DNA of 35,537 nucleotides, from NCBI GenBank assembly GCA_946540075.1, contig CAMNHZ010000002.1:1-35537 (forward strand), given 5' to 3'. This document shows, piece after piece, positions 1-7,064 of the stretch. The notes under the pieces were generated by a model that worked only from the letters and a program-made list of their open reading frames with translations, searched no databases and was not told the DNA's origin. How positions within the stretch are numbered: position 1 is the first letter of the stretch; each line of letters starts with the position of its first letter. A program made the translations under genes and the position numbers. The DNA comes from an uncultured Bacillota bacterium. GTDB lineage: Bacteria; Bacillota_I; Bacilli_A; RF39; UBA660.

Positions 1-2
1 TA

Positions 3-185
3 GAACCAACTATAACAAAATGTATTGAAGAAAATTTCTATCATGAAGTACCACATGTATGTCCTATACATACACACAAAATAAACAAACATTTCTATAA
101 ACATACGTATACACCACAATATACATGTTCAGAAGAACAACAAGTTGTTAATATTGATTGTGGTAGTTGTGCACAATTTCAATAA
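3..185 (+). CDS. 3' end of a CotD-like His/Cys/Tyr-rich (spore-coat-type) protein; the 5' part lies outside the window
   Basis: Frame 3 is open from the window edge to TAA 183-185. It is absent from the ORF track because no start lies in the window. Translation: EPTITKCIEENFYHEVPHVCPIHTHKINKHFYKHTYTPQYTCSEEQQVVNIDCGSCAQFQ*. The spaced VPH..P.H.H..N.H...H.Y.P pattern recalls the Bacillus CotD family. A hairpin terminator follows directly. Confidence 0.4.
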   Translation, partial: EPTITKCIEENFYHEVPHVCPIHTHKINKHFYKHTYTPQYTCSEEQQVVNIDCGSCAQFQ

Positions 186-210
186 AAACTGTCATTAAGA
201 CAGTTTTTTT
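184..210. terminator. Bidirectional rho-independent terminator between convergent genes
   Basis: AAAAACTGTC (184-193) pairs with GACAGTTTTT (199-208): 10-bp stem, 5-nt loop. There is a T-run on the + strand and an A-run upstream, which is a T-run on the - strand. The stop codon of the - strand gene (195-197) lies in the loop. Confidence 0.6.
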
Positions 211-1082
211 AGTTTAATATAATCGATTTCAGGTTTATAAAAATGATTGAATAATAACATAAATTTAGGATTGCTTTCAGCAAACTTAGTAATGCCACCA
301 CTTATAATCATGTTATTCTTTTTGTTTTTAGTAATTATTCCTCTAGCGTATTTTGGAAAGAAATTAGAAAAAGGACCGATGATTCCATAATTCTTAGGAA
401 TAATTCTTTCTAAAAAATTAGGAACTAAGCCATTATGCATATGACCAGTTAATACTAAATCCATATTATTTAAATCACTGATTTCTTTAAAACACTCATC
501 ATTAAATATTCTAATAGGTGAATGAAATAATAAAACATTATAATTATCGTTATTTTCTATTTTCATTTTTTGATTAAAATCATTAATTAGTATTTCATTA
601 CTTTCACGAATTTTATCTATTTTATTATATTTATAGTATTCAACTGGTGCTTGATATCCATGAAAATTTATATTATTGATAGTTATTCCTTTGTTATTTA
701 ATAAGTATAGATTAGGAATCTTTTTAAGGGTATTTATCATTTTGGTAGGTGTTTTATATTTTAGTTTTTTGCTAAAACGTTGATAAGTTAATTTATAGAA
801 ATCATGGTTACCTAATATAATTATTGTAGGAGCAATACTGGTTAAAGAAATAAGCCAGTCATAAAATATTTTCATTTTAGGTTTATTATCTAAAATATTG
901 TTATTATCAATAATATCACCTGCGATGCATATAAAGTCAGGGTTGTTTTGAATTAAATTATCTGTAATTTTTTTTAATTTTTTAGTTGAAATAATATTTG
1001 AGTAATGAATATCTGAAAATAGGGCGATATTAACGTCTTTTTTTATTTTATTACTTGATAGTTCGTATTTTTTTGTTATCAT
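195..1082 (-). CDS. Calcineurin-like metallophosphoesterase
   Basis: Ordered motifs DIHYS (DxH), GDIID (GDxxD), GNHD, LLFHSP and GHMHNG (GHxH). The ORF-track start at 1100 is a TTG; the first ATG is at 1082 (MITKKYEL...). Neither has a clear SD, so the start is uncertain. Confidence 0.8.
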   Translation of the reverse strand: MITKKYELSSNKIKKDVNIALFSDIHYSNIISTKKLKKITDNLIQNNPDFICIAGDIIDNNNILDNKPKMKIFYDWLISLTSIAPTIIILGNHDFYKLTYQRFSKKLKYKTPTKMINTLKKIPNLYLLNNKGITINNINFHGYQAPVEYYKYNKIDKIRESNEILINDFNQKMKIENNDNYNVLLFHSPIRIFNDECFKEISDLNNMDLVLTGHMHNGLVPNFLERIIPKNYGIIGPFSNFFPKYARGIITKNKKNNMIISGGITKFAESNPKFMLLFNHFYKPEIDYIKLKKLS

Positions 1083-1171
1083 AAAATCACATATAATCAA
1101 TCTTGTAGGATTATTAATTGATTGATTCCTTTCTGTTAATATAAATATTATAATTATCTATACTTGATAAG

Positions 1172-1822
1172 TCAATTTCTTCTTTTGTATTCTTCTAAAG
1201 TGATGTTGTTTTTGTATATTTTTTTAGCTGTATTAATTCCAACATAACGATAATGCCATGGTTCATATTTGAATCCGGTAATATATTCTTTATTCTTTGG
1301 ATATCGCATAATAAAACCATATTTGTGGGCATTATCTTTCATCCATTTAAACTCTTTAGATTTATCAAAAATATTATAGTCATTATTAGATCCCATAACA
1401 TCAATACTTAATCCTGTTTGATGTTCGGAGTGGCCAGGTCTTGCTGAACATTTATCAGCATATACAATACCTTTTTCATTAACATATTTTTGATATAGTT
1501 TATCTTGATAATTATAATCACGATATGCGGATACTACAATTATATTATATCCATTTATTTTTGCATCTTTACTAAGTTGTTCAAAAGAATTTTTAGCTTC
1601 TTCTATTAGATATTTATCATCATAAGCATATTTTGTATCTATTTTAGATAAATTCTTAGGCACATAGTCGCTATTTAGTTTATACATTTTATTAACTAGT
1701 ACATCTATTTCTGCTGGATTATCTATTACAGTTATATGGTCATAGTATTTTGAAAATATTGTTTCATCATTTCTAAGTAACATTAATATAAATAATATAA
1801 TTATGATATATTTTTTACTCAT
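1172..1822 (-). CDS. VanY-type (peptidase M15B) D-alanyl-D-alanine carboxypeptidase, secreted or lipid-anchored
   Basis: Hydrophobic N-terminus (IIIILFILMLL). M15B zinc-peptidase motifs SAYRDYNYQ, SEHQTGLSIDV and EPWHYRYVG. SD GGTGAG lies upstream of ATG 1822. Confidence 0.85.
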   Translation of the reverse strand: MSKKYIIIILFILMLLRNDETIFSKYYDHITVIDNPAEIDVLVNKMYKLNSDYVPKNLSKIDTKYAYDDKYLIEEAKNSFEQLSKDAKINGYNIIVVSAYRDYNYQDKLYQKYVNEKGIVYADKCSARPGHSEHQTGLSIDVMGSNNDYNIFDKSKEFKWMKDNAHKYGFIMRYPKNKEYITGFKYEPWHYRYVGINTAKKIYKNNITLEEYKRRN

Positions 1823-1845
1823 ATTCTCACCATTATATTATATGA

Positions 1846-1872
1846 AAAATAGAATCGATTAGATTCTATTTT
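1846..1872 (-). terminator. Possible intrinsic terminator after the upstream VanY paralogue
   Basis: AAAATAGAATC (1846-1856) pairs with GATTCTATTTT (1862-1872) around a 5-nt loop. On the - strand the U-tract is partly inside the stem. It overlaps stop codon 1866-1868. Confidence 0.35.
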
Positions 1873-2825
1873 AGATAATAAGCATAATATTCATCAAATG
1901 TAATACCTAATTTCTTGATTTTAGTTGCAGTTTCAACACCAACATAACGATAGTGCCATGATTCATAATTATAACCAGTTAATTTTTCTTTTCCTTTTGG
2001 ATATCTTAGTATAAATCCATATTTATGAGCGTTTTCTTGTAACCATTTAAATTCTTTTGTGTTTTCAAAATCATTCATATTAGATTTATATGTAACTATA
2101 TCTAAAGCAAGTCCACTTTGATGTTCAGAATATCCTGGTCTAGCAGCAACAGAATCGGCCCATTCTTCTCCTTGTTGTTCAGCATATTTTTTCCATAGCG
2201 TTTCTTGAAATTCATATTCTCTATAAGCTGATGTAATGATCAAGTATAATCCTTCTTCTTTAGCGGCATTATACATTGATATATATTTGTTGTATACTTC
2301 TTCGCTGATTTTATTTTGACCATAACAGTACTTAACTGAGACATCAACTAACTTGTCTGGTTTATATTCCTTAGTTAAATAATTATGTTTATTTACTAGT
2401 AATAAATTTTTTTTACCTGTATCAGTAGCTTTTGTTGATTCATATTGATCTTTATTACCTTTAACATTTACTAAGGCAACAACATCTTTTTTAGATAAAT
2501 CAGAATTATCAGTATAATAACTTATATATTCTTTAAGATTTTCAAAAATAAAATATTTTTGAGTGATAAAGTCATCAACTAATTTGTTATATTTCATTTT
2601 TAATATTTTATCTAATTCTTCATCTTTTAATTTTGAGGTTAATACCTTAATTTCTTTTTCATTATATCCTACTTTTTCTAATTTGTATGGATAACTATTG
2701 ATGTAATCATAGTATTTTTTAATTCCAATTCCTGCACCTATAAATAATACTAGAAAAACTATAAATATTATTAGTTTTCTTTTTACGCTTTTTTTTAGTC
2801 TTCTTCTATATTTTATATCATTCAT
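1866..2825 (-). CDS. Membrane-anchored VanY-type (M15B) D,D-carboxypeptidase with an extra N-terminal ectodomain
   Basis: TM anchor LIIFIVFLVLFIGAGIGI, then a spacer domain of about 150 aa. The same catalytic motifs as the downstream paralogue follow: SAYREYEFQ, SEHQSGLALDI, ESWHYRYVG. SD AGAGGTGA lies upstream of ATG 2825. Confidence 0.85.
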   Translation of the reverse strand: MNDIKYRRRLKKSVKRKLIIFIVFLVLFIGAGIGIKKYYDYINSYPYKLEKVGYNEKEIKVLTSKLKDEELDKILKMKYNKLVDDFITQKYFIFENLKEYISYYTDNSDLSKKDVVALVNVKGNKDQYESTKATDTGKKNLLLVNKHNYLTKEYKPDKLVDVSVKYCYGQNKISEEVYNKYISMYNAAKEEGLYLIITSAYREYEFQETLWKKYAEQQGEEWADSVAARPGYSEHQSGLALDIVTYKSNMNDFENTKEFKWLQENAHKYGFILRYPKGKEKLTGYNYESWHYRYVGVETATKIKKLGITFDEYYAYYLK

Positions 2826-2949
2826 ATTATCACCTCTTTTATTATAACTTTAATTAAAAAAAAATACAATCAAATTTTATAAATTAACTTTGTGTTAACA
2901 AAAAATATTTTGAAATTAAAAGGAAATTAGAAAAATAAATTGTATATAC

Positions 2950-2978
2950 TTAGTAGAGAGTATTTGATATGATATAAT
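2950..2978 (+). promoter_or_regulatory. Sigma-A-type promoter with extended -10 for the ABC operon
   Basis: TGaTATAAT at 2970-2978 (perfect -10 with a TG extension). Weak -35 TTAGTA at 2950-2955 with a 17-nt spacer. SD GAGGGAGG follows. Confidence 0.45.
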
Positions 2979-2998
2979 TATGGCGAGGGAGGTTAGTT

Positions 2999-3697
2999 AT
3001 GGAAGAGGTTTATAAGATTATTGATGTGTCTAAAATATATAACAATGATGTTCATGCATTAGATAAGATAAACTTAACTATCAATAAAGGTGAGATAGTA
3101 GTTGTACTAGGGCCTAGTGGTAGTGGTAAAAGTACATTATTAAATGTATTATCAGGAATAGATAATCCTAGTAGTGGGAAGGTTTATTTTGAAGGTAATC
3201 AAATTGATAATCTTGGGTTAAATGATCTTACTTTATACCGTCGTAATAATATTGGTTTTATATTTCAAAGTTATAATTTGGTTTCAAATTTAACTGTTGA
3301 GGAAAATGTTTTGCTTGGGGCATATTTATCAGAAAATCCTCTTAAAATAAAAGATGTTATATCAATTGTTGGACTTCAAGATCAAATCGAAAAATATCCA
3401 TATCAGTTATCAGGTGGTCAAATGCAGAGGGTAGCGATAGCTCGTGCACTTATTAAAAATCCTAAGGTATTATTTTGTGATGAGCCAACGGGAGCATTAG
3501 ATGAAAAAACGGGAAAGAGAATATTAGAATTTTTACAGAGTGTTAATAAGAAGTATAATACAACTATAATTATAGTTACACATAATCCAAGTATCGCACT
3601 TATGGCTAATACTGTAATTAAGATGAATAGTTCTCATATTGAAAGTATTACTCATAATAAAAAAGTTATTAGTGCTCAAGATTTGAGGTGGTCTTAG
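2999..3697 (+). CDS. ABC transporter ATP-binding protein (MacB/FtsE/LolD-like subfamily)
   Basis: Walker A GPSGSGKST, Q-loop FQSYNL, signature LSGGQMQR, Walker B LFCDEPTGALD, H-loop VTHN. Confidence 0.93.
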   Translation: MEEVYKIIDVSKIYNNDVHALDKINLTINKGEIVVVLGPSGSGKSTLLNVLSGIDNPSSGKVYFEGNQIDNLGLNDLTLYRRNNIGFIFQSYNLVSNLTVEENVLLGAYLSENPLKIKDVISIVGLQDQIEKYPYQLSGGQMQRVAIARALIKNPKVLFCDEPTGALDEKTGKRILEFLQSVNKKYNTTIIIVTHNPSIALMANTVIKMNSSHIESITHNKKVISAQDLRWS

Positions 3698-6286
3698 ATG
3701 AAATTATTATTTCTAAATACTTTAAAAGGACTTAGAAGAAGAAAGATCCAAATGCTTGCAATTATTGTTATGGTTGCTTTATCTACAGGTATTTATACTG
3801 TTTTAAATAGTGCAATTGATAGAATGGAAAATAGATATTATGACTATTTAGAAGAGGGTAATGTTGAAGAGTTTAGTTTAGTACCAGTTATCGATTATAA
3901 GAATGATTATACCGTTTCTGATCTTGATAGATTTAGAAAGAATAATCCAAATATTAGTTCTGAAGAGAATCAAATGTTGGATATGTATAATATGTGCTTA
4001 TCTGGTTATAAGCTTTGTGATGACAATTTTTATTCTTATATCGGACAAATTTTTAGAAAATATGATTTTGATACTAAAGTAGCCAGACAAAAGTTAGATA
4101 GTATTAAAGATAAATATAATTTTGATTATGAATATCAGAAATCTAAAGTAGTTAATGATGATAAGTATTATATAAAGGCTATGCCATATATTAAAAACAA
4201 GAAAATTAATAAGCCTTATTTAGTTGATGGTAAGTTTCCTACTAAAAATAATGAAGTAACTGTGCTTCCTAAGTTTGCGAAAAAAAACAATTTAAAAATA
4301 GGTGACAAATATAAGATTAATAATAAAATTTATAGGATTGTAGGTTTTGCATATGCATCTGATTATATTTATCCGATGATATCTTATAATCAACCAATAT
4401 TTGATGAAAAGTATAATAATATAGTGTTTATGAATGAAAGCACATATGAAGATTTTTCTGGAATAAAAGATGATGTATATGCGATGGTGTTTAAAGAAAA
4501 AGTTAATCGTAAAAATAGAATAAAAGTATCGTTTTCTAATTCTGCTGATGTGAATAAGAAAAAGAAGATGACTTTAGAAGAGGCAAAGAGATTAAAAGAT
4601 TATAGTGAAGTAATTAATATTATGTTAGAAGATGAAAAGGATATTGTTTCTTTTGATATTAATTCTATAATTAGAGTTGCTCGTACTGATGCAATTCAGT
4701 TAGAATTTGATAGTGATCGTGTTTTTGCTGATGCATTCTTAAAACTTCTTCTTTCAATTGCAGTAATTATAATTGTTATTATTACTAAAAAAAGAATTGA
4801 AGATGAACGACTTCAAATTGGTGTATTAAAATCATTAGGGTACAGTAAGTATAGTATTGCTGTTAGTTATTTAGTATATCCGATAATTGGATCATTAGTT
4901 GGTGGGTTACTTGGTTATTTAATTGGAATATCTCTACACGGATATCTTACTGTTTTATATATAAGTTATTTTAATATACCATTAGCTAGTTTTACTTTTA
5001 ATAAGACATATTTAATTAATTCGGTAGTTACGCCATTAATATTTTTATCTATTCTTTGTTATTTAGTCGCACTTTGGATGTTACGTAAAAAGCCGTTGCA
5101 ACTATTAAAAGAAGGCAGTAATTTAAAAGTTAATTTCATGAGTAAAATAATCAATAAGATTACTAAACCAATGAAATTTAAAAGACGATTTAAGTATTCA
5201 TTAATGTCACGTTCAATAGGAAAACTACTAATAGTTAGTATAACTTCATTCTTTACAGGAATGCTTATTGTTTTAACGATAATTGGATTAAATCTATTTA
5301 ATGGCATGATTGAAAAATCGTTTGCTAATATGAAGTATAAATACATGATTAATTATGCAATACCTGTTAATAAGATTGATAAGAATTCTGATGTTTTAAG
5401 TGTTAGTAGTATGAATTTAGCAAAGATAAATAATAAAACTTATAAAAAAAAGAATGAAAAAGATTATACTATAACTTTAGATGGTATTGATAAAAAAACT
5501 AAATATGTTGAAGTGATGGATAGTGAGAAAAATAATTTGCTTGATAGTTTGTATACTAAAGAAAATGGTATTGTAATCAATAAGAATATAGAAGGATATT
5601 TAAAGGTAAAAGTGGGCGATATATTAACTCTTGATTATAATGGAAAAGAATATGACTTTGTAATTACTGGTGTATGTGATGAATATATAAATGAATCAGG
5701 TTATGTAAGTAGAAGTTATTTAAATAAACTTATGGGATATGATTCTAATTCGTACAATGTTAAATATACTACTTCGGAAAAGTATTCAAGTCTTTCTAAA
5801 GTGAATAAAGAAGAAAGGTCAAGTATTTCAAGTATATTTAGTGTTGATGATTTAAAGAGAAATATAAATACACAGATGGAAACTATGAATTCATCAATTT
5901 ATATAGTAATCTTTTTTGCAGCCATAATGGCTTTAATAATTATTGGTGTTATTGCTAATATAATTGTTGAAGAAAATAAGAAAACTATATCACTTATGAA
6001 AGTTATGGGCTATGATAATAAAGAAATAAGTAGTATTGTTTTAAATATTTATACACCATTTGTTATTGTTTCTTATCTACTTTCAATTCCAGTTATGACT
6101 AATTTATTAAAATTAATCATGAAAGCTATAGCAGGTGATACGGGAATGTCAATACCTATTTCTATATCACCAGCATTAGCTATGCTTGGTCTTGTTGTTT
6201 TACTTATTGCTTATTTTGTAGCAATAAGTATATCAAGAGTAGTTCTTAATAAGGTGCCATTATCTGTCGCGCTTAAAAGGGAGTAG
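3698..6286 (+). CDS. Fused double-FtsX (MacB-type) ABC transporter permease
   Basis: Eight hydrophobic helices arranged 1+3 / 1+3, with two large extracytoplasmic domains (aa ~40-340 and ~540-730). Two FtsX-type motifs: LKSLGYSKYSIAVSYL and MKVMGYDNKEISSIVL. The ATG directly abuts the TAG of the upstream ATPase gene. Confidence 0.88.
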   Translation: MKLLFLNTLKGLRRRKIQMLAIIVMVALSTGIYTVLNSAIDRMENRYYDYLEEGNVEEFSLVPVIDYKNDYTVSDLDRFRKNNPNISSEENQMLDMYNMCLSGYKLCDDNFYSYIGQIFRKYDFDTKVARQKLDSIKDKYNFDYEYQKSKVVNDDKYYIKAMPYIKNKKINKPYLVDGKFPTKNNEVTVLPKFAKKNNLKIGDKYKINNKIYRIVGFAYASDYIYPMISYNQPIFDEKYNNIVFMNESTYEDFSGIKDDVYAMVFKEKVNRKNRIKVSFSNSADVNKKKKMTLEEAKRLKDYSEVINIMLEDEKDIVSFDINSIIRVARTDAIQLEFDSDRVFADAFLKLLLSIAVIIIVIITKKRIEDERLQIGVLKSLGYSKYSIAVSYLVYPIIGSLVGGLLGYLIGISLHGYLTVLYISYFNIPLASFTFNKTYLINSVVTPLIFLSILCYLVALWMLRKKPLQLLKEGSNLKVNFMSKIINKITKPMKFKRRFKYSLMSRSIGKLLIVSITSFFTGMLIVLTIIGLNLFNGMIEKSFANMKYKYMINYAIPVNKIDKNSDVLSVSSMNLAKINNKTYKKKNEKDYTITLDGIDKKTKYVEVMDSEKNNLLDSLYTKENGIVINKNIEGYLKVKVGDILTLDYNGKEYDFVITGVCDEYINESGYVSRSYLNKLMGYDSNSYNVKYTTSEKYSSLSKVNKEERSSISSIFSVDDLKRNINTQMETMNSSIYIVIFFAAIMALIIIGVIANIIVEENKKTISLMKVMGYDNKEISSIVLNIYTPFVIVSYLLSIPVMTNLLKLIMKAIAGDTGMSIPISISPALAMLGLVVLLIAYFVAISISRVVLNKVPLSVALKRE

Positions 6287-6292
6287 GTGAAT

Positions 6293-7000
6293 ATGGAAAA
6301 GATAATTGAACTTAAGAATGTTTATAAATATTATAAGATGGGTGAAAAAAGAGTTACAGCATTAAAGGATATTGATCTAGATATTTATAAAGGTGAAATA
6401 GTTGTTATTTTAGGTCCAAGTGGAAGTGGTAAGACAACTCTTCTTAATGTTTGCTCGGGGCTTGATATTGTATCTAAGGGAAAAATTATATTTGATGGTA
6501 AAAATATAACTAAATATAGTGATAGAAGATTAACGCTATTTCGTAAAAAAAATCATGGATTTATATTCCAAACTTATAATTTGTTAGAAAACTTAAATGT
6601 GTATGAGAATGTTTTAGTTGGTGCTAATTTAAGTCATAGTAAAGAAGATATTGACAAGATTATAAAAACAGTTGGCCTTACTTCACATAAAAAGAAATAT
6701 ATGTATGAATTATCAGGTGGAGAGCAACAAAGAGTATCTATTGCCAGGGCTCTTGCTAAAAATCCTAAAGTTATGTTCTGTGATGAACCAACTGGAGCTT
6801 TAGATGAAAAGACAGGTAAGAAAGTTTTAGATGCTTTAGTTAAGGCTAATGAAAAGATTGGAACTACAATTATTGTTGTTACACATAATCCAGGAATTGC
6901 TTTAATAGGTGATCGAATTATAAAAATGAATAGTGGTACTATAATTGATATATTTGAAAATAAAAAAAGAATACCTGCTAAAGATATTCCATGGGGATAA
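6293..7000 (+). CDS. Second ABC transporter ATP-binding protein, paralogue of 2999-3697
   Basis: GPSGSGKTT, FQTYNL, LSGGEQQR, MFCDEPTGALD, VTHN. ATG 6293 is preferred over the track's GTG 6287. SD AAGGGAG (6277-6283) is 9 nt from the ATG, and the N-terminus MEKIIELKNVYKYY aligns with MEEVYKIIDVSKIY of the first ATPase. Confidence 0.9.
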   Translation: MEKIIELKNVYKYYKMGEKRVTALKDIDLDIYKGEIVVILGPSGSGKTTLLNVCSGLDIVSKGKIIFDGKNITKYSDRRLTLFRKKNHGFIFQTYNLLENLNVYENVLVGANLSHSKEDIDKIIKTVGLTSHKKKYMYELSGGEQQRVSIARALAKNPKVMFCDEPTGALDEKTGKKVLDALVKANEKIGTTIIVVTHNPGIALIGDRIIKMNSGTIIDIFENKKRIPAKDIPWG

Positions 7001-7020
7001 GACACTTTTGTGTCTTTTTT
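6999..7020 (+). terminator. Rho-independent terminator of the ABC operon
   Basis: AAGACAC (6999-7005), loop TTTT, GTGTCTT (7010-7016), followed by a T-run to 7020. It begins within the stop codon. Confidence 0.7.
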
Positions 7021-7030
7021 CTTATATAAG

Positions 7031-7039
7031 TGTTATAAT
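7031..7039 (+). promoter_or_regulatory. Extended -10 element upstream of polA
   Basis: TGtTATAAT at 7031-7039, 25 nt upstream of ATG 7065. No good -35. Confidence 0.35.
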
Positions 7040-7064
7040 AATAATTAGTTAGAGAGTTGATATT

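Noticed and set aside
5059-5346. 95-aa ORF on the - strand
   Set aside because: It lies entirely antisense within the FtsX permease gene. It is a hydrophobic, low-complexity translation typical of AT-rich antisense frames, with no SD or promoter.
195-7000. Possible glycopeptide (van-type) or Bce-type antimicrobial peptide resistance operon
   Set aside because: Only VanY-like carboxypeptidases and a MacB-type ABC system are present. There is no vanH/vanA/vanX ligase set and no VanRS/BceRS two-component genes in the window, so a resistance call is unsupported.
6634-7005. 123-aa ORF on the - strand
   Set aside because: It is antisense to the second ABC ATPase, whose motifs are unambiguous on the + strand.
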